Assembly (NCBI GenBank): GCA_004431415.1
Contig: QPMI01000480.1
Span: 1 to 58,177, forward strand
Length of the DNA: 58,177 nt
Direction: 5' to 3'
Origin: Cyanophora paradoxa CCMP329
Lineage: Eukaryota; Plantae; Glaucophyta
The notes below the pieces were generated by a model, which saw nothing but the letters and a program-made list of their open reading frames with translations, was not told the origin of the DNA and searched no databases. Shown here piece by piece: positions 9,138 to 20,400 of the stretch. How positions within the stretch are numbered: the first letter of the stretch is position 1; the number at the start of each line of letters is the position of its first letter. The position numbers and the translations under genes were made by a program.

Positions 9138-12100
9138 TCAGAGAATAATCATAAGGGGGCTCGACGGATCTCCGAGCGATCGCGAGTCGCGACGCCGGAG
9201 CTGCGCGGGCGCTGCGGCCGCGGCTGGCCTCTCGGGGCCTGTTGCCGACGTCGACTGGATCAAATTTGCGATGGGAGAGGTGGCGCGTTGATCGCTTTTG
9301 ACGCGCACGGCCGCGGCCGCAGCTTCGTCGCGGGAGCTGAAGCTGGACGTCACCGTAGACACGGAGATTTTCTCGAGTTCGTAACCAAAGTGCTTCTTGG
9401 GAGCGGCCGCGGGCTTGGGAGCGGGCTCCACATCGAGCACCACGGTTGCGAAGGCTTTGCCGTTGGAGCCGAGGGGTACAGGGGTGATCTCGTAGATCTC
9501 AGATAGTGTACCCGAGCCAAGAGAGCCATGGCCAGAAGAGCTCCCAACGGACACTTTGGGCGAAGCGAAGAACGCGAAGCCGCTGTTCTCGGCTCGCCGG
9601 CGCTGCGGACCCCACGCGTATCTGTAGCCGACGGCGGCGCCAACGATAACGAGCGCGAGCGCGGCGCCAACGCCGACGGCGACCCCGATAATAACCTGCA
9701 AGTGCGGCTGCATCAGGATTGGAGCATTGCGCCACGAACAAACAAGAAGGCATCGCTGGGAACGCACGCTCGAGCGGGCGTTGCCGGAGTCGGAGCTCGA
9801 GCTGACCCGCGGGGCCGCGAACGCGACCGCCGACGAAGCGCCTTGCCCCGGGGCCGCGTCGGGGGTACTCGTGCTCGAGTCCGCCCACGTCTTTGCGACC
9901 TCGACGGGGACCGCCTGCACGTTGAGATTGCAGCATATAATTTAGCTCCGACGTCGACGAGGGATTCCATCGGGAAGACGGGTACCTCTTTGAGGACGAG
10001 ACTCGGGTACTCCCTGCCCGGGAAGTCGATTCTCATCTCGAGAAATCCGCTGGTGGTTGAAACCACATAAGCGCTCGTCGTTTGCTGAAGGCGCCTGGAA
10101 AGCTGTTGCTGTTGCGATTGAGATCCGGCGTTGGTTGCTGCGGCTGAGAGGAGCAGCGTGGCATTCGGAGGGCCTGCGCCGTGCGGAATCGCCGATGATA
10201 TGTATAATTAGATATGAATATCAATAGCGCACGGAATCGGATCATATCTTCCGAGAACACTGAAGCGTCCAGAGCTTCGGCGGACGAAGCATCATAGGAG
10301 AAAAACACCCGGATTTCGACGCCTGGTGAGACCAATCGTGAGCAAGGGAAAGCGCGCATGCGCAGGCCTCGAAACAAGAACGCTTCAGCTTAAAATTAAG
10401 ATGTTATAATAAGCTTGTTATGAAGATGTTATAACTTAGTAATCAAGAAGCTTTAGCTTGTAATCAAGATGTTACCCAGCGGAATGCCGGAGCATCTCGC
10501 GTAGATGTACTCTTCGCGGCCCGCGACTCCTCCGGGCTCCGTGCTCTAAAGAAGGACTCGTGTAAGATCTTTGCGCACTCGGAACAGCGAGGAAACAAGC
10601 TATTTACTCACCCCGCTCTGGCCCTGCGACTGGCCTGTGACCGAAGCCGCGCTGAACATCTCGATGGGCGCTGCCAGGCGAACGACGACAACGGGAGCCG
10701 CGTCCATCCCTCCCGCTGATGCGGGGCCGCCAGAGCCTGACATTTGCTCGCGATCGACGCTGTACACGATTCCGCCGATGGAAATGGTGATCTGGTCGAC
10801 ACGGCGCGGACCCCGCATGATCAGCGGCGCAGTCTCAGACGCCGTTTAAATAACGTTCTTGCGGCCAGCTGCAGATCTAGAACTCGAAATCGCACACAAC
10901 TGCTCACCTTCGACGGAACTCCCATCGGCGTCGTCGGAGTCGGAGCCGGAGTCTGTGATGGAGAAGGGTCGGCGACCGGCCGCGGTGGTAACGTTGGCGT
11001 CTGCTCCACAGTGCTGGCGCTTGGTGCCGGCGCCGCCGCCGGCAGTGCTGTGGGCGTGGGCGTAGCACTTGGACGATCCAGGCTCGGGGATAACGACGGG
11101 CTTAAGCTTGGGCTTGGCGTCTCCGTCGGCGACGGGCTGGGCGACGGGCTCGGGCTGGGCGACGGGATCGGGCTGGGCGACGGGGTCGGGCTGGGCGACG
11201 GGCTCGGGCTGGGCGACGGGCTCGGGCTGGGCGACGGGCTCGGGCTGGGCGACGGGCTCGGGCTGGGCGACGGGCTCGGGCTGGGCGTCTCCGTTGGCGA
11301 CGGGCTGGGCGACGGGCTCGGGCTCGGCGCCTCCACGGTCGGATCCGGGATGGTAAAATTTGTCCGGAAGACGAAGATGCGCCCGCTATCCCAGGCTGCA
11401 TAGAACGAATAGGCGGAGTTGATGGCCGCAATCCCCGAAGTCGCTAACGATGAAGTCCCGGGATTGGAATCGCCAGCGGGGCTGCAACACGCCGAAGCGA
11501 TTAGAGCAACCCAGGCCAAATCAAAGCGCTAGCCTTAAGGTGCTGGCTACGGCCATATGAATGGTCTTGTTCTAGCATAGATTAAAAGGTTAAAACGTTA
11601 ACCGTGATTTCCGAAGCCCCCGTACGGCAGCACGCACCGCACAACCGAACTAGCAGCAATTCTCTCGCTGACGATCTCGGTTTCGCTCAAGTCGAAAACC
11701 CGGATGTTCGAGCCGTCGGTGTTGACGAGTCGCCAGTAAGAGTAACTGGTCATATGCATAGCATGAGTGAGACAAGCGCTCAGCCAGCGGAAGATATCGA
11801 GCGCTACGTATACAGCAGTGACTCGTTGTGTGTAAATATGCCGCGAACGATATCGGCTGCGCATATATATCTAGATCTCAATCGCGATCAACACGCACTC
11901 GGGTCCCGTCGCTTTCACAATGTCGAGGGCGCCATTGTTGAGGAGGCTGGCGCTGAGGCTGCCCGAGAAAGCCACGAGAGCGCCTCCCGTGCCCGACGAC
12001 GAGGCGTTTGTTGCGATCTGTTTCGAATGTTTAGAGACACACATCGATACATATATATGTAAACTTCTTGACCTTGTAGACCCTCCTGTAGCTGGTTCCC

Positions 12101-14288
12101 AGGCCGCGGACGTACAGAGTCACCGCGTCTCTCCCTTCCTCGCTGTCCACCGCGAGGCCGTCGTACGCGGGGTTGAAGCTGGCGGACGAGGTGGCGCCCC
12201 CAGCGAGCGCGACCAGGGTCGTGCTGATGAGCGTGCTCGTGCCTGCGCGCGGGCGCCGATCGCGAGAGAAGCGCGTGAATACAGCTGTCGCTCGAATCTT
12301 CGAGCCGACGAGATTTCAATGCTGGTTGGAGATCTAGAAGCCACGTACCGTTGATCTTGGCTCTTCTTATGAATCCCGCCCAGTTGCTTGTGCTTTTCGC
12401 GACCGACCAGTACAAGTGGTCTCCCACGACATCGTAGGCTATGGCGCGGATCTCAAAGCCAGTGGCTTCTGCCGATGGCAGCAGATGTATGTAAATTCCA
12501 GGCTGCCGTTCAGCTTAGATCGAGTCCGGACGATTGCACCTGTGAAGATGGTAGTGACTTGGAAGGTCGTGAGGTTGACGGATCGGATTCTGATCTGATC
12601 TGTGAAGTACAGAGTGCCAGCTGCTCCCAAGGACTTCGGATTAGGAACTCGCGAACGTCTACAGAACTAATTATATCTTAAGATGCTCAAGCCTTGGAGC
12701 TTAAGTATGCTTCAAGCTTGTCTTAGCTCACCGCGGTCTTGCGTGAAACCGAGAGGGGAGCTGCGTGAAAATAAACATCAGAGCCGCGCAATGGAAGACG
12801 ATATCTCCCGGGTCCCGGCCCTTAGAACGAGCGGAATTACAAAGTTTTTAACTTAAAAATAGCATGTGCGCACTTTACTCTCGCGGACGTTCCTACACCG
12901 TCCACCGTCGAGCTCTGAGTAGACCCGTCGCCGACGATTCTCGTCGAGGTGCAGTTCTCGTCGACGCGCCAAATGGCCGCGCTGCTACCTACGTACAGAT
13001 ATCCTGCGCGAGAATTCAAATCGGCTCGATAATTCATCCGATAAGACGCAAGGTGATGAGACTCAGGTCTCACCATCGCTCTCACTGAAGTAGAGGCTTC
13101 TAATTGTATTGAATTGAGCGACCGTTCCGGTGCCTGTCGCAATAGAATAATTATAAGCCAGGATCTAATCAACATAGCTAGCCAGCAGGAAGAGATTCAT
13201 ATGGGCTCTGTGAAAGGTTTGCAGCGCGTGCCGGACGTCGCCATTGGAATGGACGCGAGGAAAGGGGGGGGGGGGGAACGGGGGAGGGGGGACGGGGGGG
13301 GGGAGTTGCAGCTGTGAGGGCGTGGGGACTATAGCTATATATTCCAGTAAAGGATCTTGAGGGATGACCTAGTAGTGGGCGGTACGGTGGCCCGGGGCCC
13401 GGGGCTTTCGACAGCGGGCCCGGGTGTGGTGGGCCATGGGGGCCCTCGTGGCTCCAGGGTCTAATCATAAGTGGCCGTTGGGCCCATACAGCTAGGGCCC
13501 GGCGTCGGGGTGGCCATGACTAGCTAGCTATGTAAAAATCTAAAAATATAAGCAGCTTTCTCGCTAGCTTTCCGCGTGTGTTCTTTCGAATTAAGCCAGC
13601 AACCGAATAAGCCAGCTGCAGGATCTAATCCAAACCGCACACTGTAACAGATAATCTGCACAGCTAGCCAGCTTAAAGAAATTCAAATGGGCTCAGTCAA
13701 GGGTCTGCAGCTCGTGCCGGGCGTCGCTATTGGAATAGAAGCGGGCGGGGTGGGGGGGGGGGGGGGTGGGGGGGGGGGAAAGGGGGAGAAGCAGTGAGGG
13801 TGAGAGGGCTATATATAGCTATTCGAGTAAGGGATCTCGAGGGCTGGCCTAGTAGGTGGCGGTGGGCCGGAGCTAGCGACAGGGGGTGTGGTGTGGGGCA
13901 TGGGGGCTATAGCTACCGTGGCCCCGGGATAGAACTTAAGCATCATTCGGAGGAGATATAGGTTTGTCTCTTTGACTCAGTTTAGAATAGTTTTGATTTA
14001 GTTTAATATGATTTTGATTCAATTTAGTATAGTTTGGGGAGGGTGGGGGGATGGGGGGGGGGGGGGGGGGGTAGATTGACCAGCTTAGTTAAAGCGGCGT
14101 AGCGCACCGGCGATCTGGGTCGCCTGAGACGGACCGCCCAGGCAGAACTGGTAGCTTTGCGGGGCCAGCCCCTCCGGGTTGCCCGGGGACGTCGACCAGG
14201 CGCCCGCCGGGGAGCCGCCCAGAAGCACGCAGAGCACCACGAGGCGGAGGGTAAGGAGTAGTAGGCGCAGGTTGAGAGGCGGCTGCAT
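9138..14288 (-). CDS. Multi-exon type I membrane glycoprotein: signal peptide, beta-propeller/NHL-like ectodomain, (Ser-Pro)n stalk, TM helix, cytoplasmic tail
   Basis: Exon 1 MQPPLNLRLLLLTLRLVVLCVLLGGSPAGA (donor GTGCGC near 14107) splices in frame to GYLYVGSSAAIWRVD..IVGDG..TVDGVGTSAR. Further exons include GTLYFTDQIRIRSV and GDHLYWS. An SP repeat lies at about 11127-11326, the TM is VIIGVAVGVGAALALVIVGAAVGY, and the stop is at 9138. Internal exon boundaries were only partly traced. Confidence 0.75.
11127..11326 (-). repeat. Coding 18-bp/6-bp tandem repeat encoding (SP)n
   Basis: GGCGACGGGCTCGGGCTG units on the + strand give SPSPSP on the minus strand. Confidence 0.9.
13159..13935. repeat. 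Two diverged ~300-bp direct repeats inside intron 1
   Basis: About 13159-13470 and 13620-13935 share GGATCTAATC..GCTAGCCAGC..ATGGGCTC.GT.AA.GGT.TGCAGC.CGTGCCGG, a poly-G run and GGATCT.GAGGG.TG.CCTAGTAG. Confidence 0.8.
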
Positions 14289-15899
14289 ATCCGGAGTAGC
14301 GCCGGCGCTGAGACCTTCGCGCGGAGACAGGGTCAGTAAACGATAAGCTTATAATTACGCCAGATCTAGAAGAATAAACAGGGGACCCGGAAGCATGGAA
14401 CAGACCTTTGCACTTGTTTACTCTCGAGGCGCGCGCACGAGAAATCCGTGGACACTTTATCGTTAGTTTGCGCTGGGGCTGCGGTAGATCGCTCGGTTTC
14501 TTGCGCGTGCTGCAGCTGGGGCCTGGCTGGCGCCGCCGGAGCCCTGCAGCCGGCGCCAACAAAGGGGTCGAGGCTATTTCTAAATCTGTTTCCAGCCTGG
14601 CACCGGCGCTGTGACGATATGATGATGCGCGCACGGTTGCGCAAGCATACGCGGCTCCGCGGCATGCGCAGCCGCGCGCGCGCGTCGCCGCGGCTGTGCA
14701 CGTGCTTGTACATGTTCGACTCGGAGATCTGGAGCGAACGCGCGTGCGTCTGCCTCTGGTGAATGCCGCTGGTCTAAGACAGGGCTGAGAAGCTGTATCT
14801 GCCGGCGCCTCCATGGCCAGGTCATAATCATAATTATGCATTGCGATTGTGCAAGGCGAGCCGCGAGCCGGGTGAAACCAGCAGCTGCAGCTGCAGCCGC
14901 TGCGCCGCGGCCGCCGCGTGCGCAGCATGCTAGCTATAGAGCTGATGAGCTACAGTATCAGTGCCTCGACGCCCAGTTAGGCTAGCCAGGCTGGCCGCTG
15001 GCGAAGCTCAGTTGGGCTAGCCTAGTAGCCAGGCTGCCACTGGGCCAGGCTGGCGAATTCCAAGCTCACTGCGGCTCACAGGCTCATGCAGCTGCGCTGC
15101 TGCAGACGCGGCCGCTACCGGTAGGCTGCGGCGCTAGCTAGCTAGCTAGGCGGCCGCCGGGCCGCGGGCTAGCCTAGGGCCCTAGGCCCCTAGCCTGGCC
15201 TCGATGGACTCCGATGGACCGTCGGAGACGGTCGGACTCCGAGTCTCCGAGGACCGAGGGACTCCGGGAGGCTCGAGCTCAGGGAGACAGACTCGGAGGC
15301 TGAGGGAGCTCGAGGAAATTCGCTGCCACTAGTACTGGGCCAGTGCTGCGCGCGCGCACAGAGCGCACTGCCGGCGAGTCTGCCGCGCGCAGTGCGCATG
15401 CGGCAGGCTGCAGCCTGCAGCTGCAGGCTGCAGCATGCGCAGCAGTGCACTGCGGCAGCCTGGCAGCTGCGCAGCTCAGCGACTGCGCGCGCGTGCAGCT
15501 GGCCTAGCCTGGCCATGGCCGGCAACTTTGCAACTTGCTGGCAACAATGGCAAGCTGAAGCGCCGCATTGAAGCGCGTATGTGCGCCGTCAAAACGCATT
15601 AATTTGTGCTAGTTTACTGTATCTTTGATTTGTGATTGCTTTGTTGTCCCTAATATCACTACCTACGGGGGGTTCGCCCCACCGTAGTCTCTCAAAAAAC
15701 AACCGCATTAATTTGGGGGCGCATTAATATTGAAGCGCTAAGAAACTGCGGTCTGTACCCCTCATATGCAGCCAAAAGGGTTCAAATTAAAACGCATTAA
15801 TTTGGTGCCGCATTAATAGCCATAATAGGGGTCCGGCGGACTCCGGCCCGTCCGGGTCCAAAAACGCATTAATATTGAGCGCATTAATATTGTGTTATA

Positions 15900-17435
15900 C
15901 GCGTTTCCAGTACCCCGGTGGGACTCAACTGGGGCTCAATTGCAAGTTGCCGCAAGTTCCCGCAACTTGGCAAGTTGCCTTGCGCCGCGAAGTTGCCAGT
16001 GCGCGTGGCCCGCGGCCTGGGCGGCTGGGCCGCGGCCCGCGGCCCGCGGGCCGGCCCCGCGCCGGCGCGGGCCCGGGGGCCGGCGCGGCCCTCCCTAGGC
16101 GCGGGCCCGAAATCGCGCCGTTATCGCGGACCGTCTTTTTTTCTCTGACCGGAAATGCGCGGACCGTCAATCCGCCGGCTGTTAAAAAACGCTGCCGGTC
16201 CGCCCCCGCAAGGGAATTTGGATTCACTAAATTTCAGGATAAGGATGCTTATCTTGGCGGTCCATGCTCTGCGATTGATATATAAAAGAAGGTGTTCTGA
16301 CATTCAATTGCATTTACACTCACTTGACTCTCAGAGTTGATCATGACTGACTGCTCCGGGATCCAGATCTGAGCTCTCTCTGAGTACCGTAGTACTGTAC
16401 TACTACTACCGTAAAACACAATAATATGACGGTCAAATTTATGTCATTATAAAAGCCGACCCTTCTCGATCTATGCGAAATATGACGTCCCCAAATTATG
16501 TCGGGATGCAATTTTCAGGCTTGTATGGGACGGTAAATTTGACGGGGTACCACTAAGCACGCCCTACTATGTCGTCCCCAAATTATGTCGTCATGTCAAG
16601 TTTTCGGCGACATAATTTGGGGACGACATAATAAAGTGCAGGCCTTAATATTCTGTTTTACGGTAGTAGTTGTGGCCCAATGTGCAATTGTGGGCCAACT
16701 TGTGGCACTGTGGCACATGTACATGTGTACAGTGTACACTGTACAGTGGCACTGTGGCAGTGAGTCAGTGACTGGATCGCTCGAGCTTTATGCATATATT
16801 TCATTGTATAAACAGTTCTAATTAAACAGTAGACGCGCACATGCACCATGATGCACGCCGTTTCGAAATTCGAATCCGCCAGGCTCCAGCGGACCGCCGG
16901 CGCCGGTTCGAATCGGGCCCTGCGTCACACAGGCTGTGACACAGCTCGTGCACTTCTCAGCCACGGTACCCGGTCCCCCCGGATACCGCTCCGATCGCGA
17001 GGCCTTCTACCGCAGTACCCCGGCCCTCTCCTCCCGAGTCCGATGGCCGCGGTACCGGTCCGGTCCCAGACGGCCGCCCGGCCGGCGGTGGCTTGCACGG
17101 TTGCACCCCTGCAGCTGGTAGCGGTACAGCACCCCCATTATATATCAGGATGATGGATGGATATCAGGATCAGGACCCTCCCCGCGGCCGGCGCCGGCCC
17201 GGCCGCGGATATCAGGATCAGGACCCTCCCCGGCCCGGCCCGCAGCTGCCCGCGGCCGCCCACCCCAACCCCCGGCGCGCGCGCGCGGATCTGCATCTCA
17301 CTAGATTTGTTTCAGGTATACGTAGTGGCACTAGACAGGAACTCTTAATTCTTGGGGCGGGGAATTCGAAGCTTAATAAGCACAAGGGAGACTGATGGCG
17401 ATCGAGGCCGATCGAGGCCGATCGACGTCGGCCCC
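15900..17435. repeat. Second copy of the 6100-8505 repeat family
   Basis: Shared colinear blocks, e.g. CAAGGGAATT.GGAT.CACTAAATTT..CAGGATAAGGATGCTTATCTTGGCGGT, CGCCGTTTCGAAATTCGAATCCGCCAG and GGGGCGGGGAATTCGAAGCTTAA. Confidence 0.8.
16409..16663. mobile_element. MITE, Tc1/mariner-pogo-like (TA target duplication)
   Basis: TA|CCGTAAAACA...TGTTTTACGG|TA; the inverted match extends over 16402-16418 and 16654-16670. An internal inverted motif ATGTCGTCCCCAAATTATGTCG / CGACATAATTTGGGGACGACAT is present. The element is absent from the paralogous repeat near 7750. Confidence 0.8.
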
Positions 17436-17474
17436 GCGCGCGCGCGCGCGCGCCCAAATTTAAATCAAATCGAA

Positions 17475-20400
17475 TCACAGAACGCCGTCGCAGAGCTGGG
17501 GCCCGCCCTCGGGCGAGAAGGGCATGCGGATGAGCTCGCCGCGGGTCGTCGAGACAAAGAGGGATGAGCCGCCGGGGGCGACGTGCACGCCTCCGTAGCG
17601 GCGGAAGAGCATGGGCCACTCGGCCCGGACGGCGCCGGTCGCAGGGTCCAGTAGCACAAGCGAGGACTCCAGCATGGCGTAGACGCCCTCGCCCCCGGGC
17701 GCCGCGTCGAGGCCCGCCAGCCGCCCCATCGCCCCGTCCGTCGCCCGCCACACCGCCGCCGCCCGCGCCGCCTCCGCCATCGCCGCCCGCGGCGCGTGCG
17801 CGTGCCCGCCCCGCCCCGCCTTCGGCCCTGCCGCGTCTCTAAGCGGCAGCTCCACCTTGTACACCTGCACCGGTACCGTTACCGGTACCCCCCGTCAGAA
17901 GGGCGCACGCTCGGGTACCCCCCCACCGAAGAAAGAGCCGACCTGGGCCGAGGCGTACGCGGAGAGGAGGAAGTACCCCCCCTGGGGGTGGCCCGCCTGG
18001 GGCACGAACGCGAGGCCGCCGGCCAGCTCCGACGTCACGCCCTCCAGCGTCCAGTTGCGCGTCACCTGAGGCGGCGTGAGCGGGCCGGGTACACCGGCGC
18101 GGGCGCGGGCAGGGGAGGCTCGGGGAAGGGTGCCTACCTCCGTAGAGTCGAGGTCGAGCTCGAGGATGCGGGGCGGGCCGCCCATCACCTGCCGCTGCTG
18201 CAGCACGTACAGCCGCGCAGCCTGCACTCGCCGTCAGCTTTCAGCTCCTGCCCCGGCGGCGCCGCCCCGGCCCCGGTCTCTACATAGCCTCGCCTCGCTC
18301 CGCCCCGGGCGGGCGGGCCGCACCTGGCCGCCGTCGAGGAGGGGGCCCATGGCAATGTCCCGCGCGTCAGGGATGGAGTACCTGCGGGGCGGGCGCGGCA
18401 CGTCAGCGCAGCGCAGCCCAGCCAAGCCAAGCAAGGCAGCCAAGCTAGCTAGCTCGGGTCGGCCCGGCCTAAAGCTAGAAGCCCAGGGCGCCCAAGCTCG
18501 GCTCCTACCCGGCTCAGTGAAAGCAGCGGCGGGGGCGCACGTGCGGACGCGGAGGGCGTCAATGTCGAGCTCCGCGAGGGAGGAGCCCGCCACGAAGAGG
18601 CGCGACGGGCTGCGCGCCGGGCGTGAGCGAGGCCCCGCGAGGCGGACGAGGCCAGTGGGATAAGCCTAGAAGCCTAGAAGCCTAGAAGCCTAGAAGCCGG
18701 CGCGGCCCAGCGATGCGGCGAGAAGCCTAGCCTCAGAAGCCTAGGGGAGGCCCCGGGGCCCCGCGGAGCCGTCTAAGCCTCGCCCGCACGGTGCGTCCAA
18801 GCCTCGCCCGATCGCGAGGCCTGAACCCTAGCCCGCGTCGGGCCCACGCCAGCGAGCCGCCGAAGCCTAGCCCGCTAGCCTAGCTCGGCTCGGGGGGCGG
18901 CGGGGGCTCGACGCCTTAGGCCCTCCGGGCCTATCCCTACAAGCCGCAGGCCAAGGCTTGCGTCCTAGCTCGCCAGGCCTGGGCGCGTCGGGCCGCTGGG
19001 CGGCGCACTTGCTCGGGTGGGTGAGGATGCCGTGCGGGGCCAGCGCCGCGCCGCCTGCATGAGAGCCGTCGGCGGGGACAAGTGAAGGCAGCGAGCGGAG
19101 GCGGGTGGGGCGGGGTCGGCGGACCGAGGAAGCCGGCGTAGTTGGCGCAGGGCGGGCGGAACTCCGTCGAGTAGAGGTAGATGTTGACGACGGCGAGGCA
19201 GAGGAGGAGGGCGGCGAGGAGCGAGGGCCCCACGCGGTCGCCGTACGAGCCGGCCGTCTTCTCCGAGATCCGCCGCATCCGGTTGTGGTACATCCCCGTC
19301 GCGTACCTAAGAAAGAGAGAGAGAGAGAAGAGGTTAGAACAGATTACTTAACGAGGAGAGGTAATTAGACTTCTTAGAGGGGCTAGAACGGGATTAGCTA
19401 GAACAGGTTAAGTTGAGCTTCTTTCTAGAGGGGTTAGAACGAGATCAGCTGGAAGAGATTGAGCTTCTTCTTTCTGTCTCTCTGGGGCGGGGGCGCACAG
19501 GGAGACGAGGATGGCGGAGACAAGGAAGACGATGCCAGAGATGCCGGCCTTGACCGCCGGGCTGTACGGCGAGAGCGGCTCGTACAGCGCGTTCCCTGCG
19601 GTGACGTGAGGCGAGGGGAGGGGAGGGTAGGGGAGGGGAGGGGATGGTAGGAAGGGCGGTCCGGCTAGCTCTCTATCTTAAAGTGGTGGCAGGGTCGAAG
19701 TAAGCGAACCGGAAGAGCCGTGGGACAGCGTGTAGGTGCGGAGTCCGACGAGGGCCCCGCCGACGGTCATGAGGATCACCGCGAAGTGAAGCCTGCGGAA
19801 GAAGAAAGGGCGGTCGGAGCCGGCGCGAGGGGGCGCGCGCGCGGGGTGAGGGAGCGAGCGGCCTAAGCTGCTGCTTCCGGAGCCGGCGGCGGGGGCGGGG
19901 GCGGGGGCGGGGGCGGCGGGTCGAGCAGCGCACCAGTTCATAAACGTGCGCTCGTTCGCGAGGAAAGTCTTGGGCTCGATCTTCTCGGGGACTGTTTTCC
20001 GGCGGGGTCAGAGGCGGAGGTGCGGGGCCGGGCGGGAGCGGGGCGGGAGCGGGGCGCACTGCGGATGCGCTTGCGCATCTCCGCGAGCTCCTTCTCGCGC
20101 TCGGAGGGGCCGGGCCGGCCCATCCCGAACGGCAGCTTGCTCCGGATCGTCTCCACCAGCGACTTGGGCTGGGCGGGCGGCGGCGTCGCAGGCTTGGCCG
20201 TCTTGGTCGGCGGCGGCGGCGCGGGGGCGGCGGGGGCGGCGCCGCGCGCCGGCGCCGCGGGCGGGGCCGGCGAGCGCGGCGAGGCGGCGCCAACGCCGGC
20301 GCCGACGCCGGCGGCGGCGGCCTCGGGATTCGGTGTAGGGTTCTTAGAGCCGGTGGGGGCCGAGATGGGCGGCACGATGGCGGGCTGGGCCGAGCGGGGG

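Noticed and set aside
10744-11403. + strand GDGLGL-repeat ORF (219 aa)
   Set aside because: It is the antisense shadow of the (SP)n exon; splice signals and flanking exons support the minus strand.
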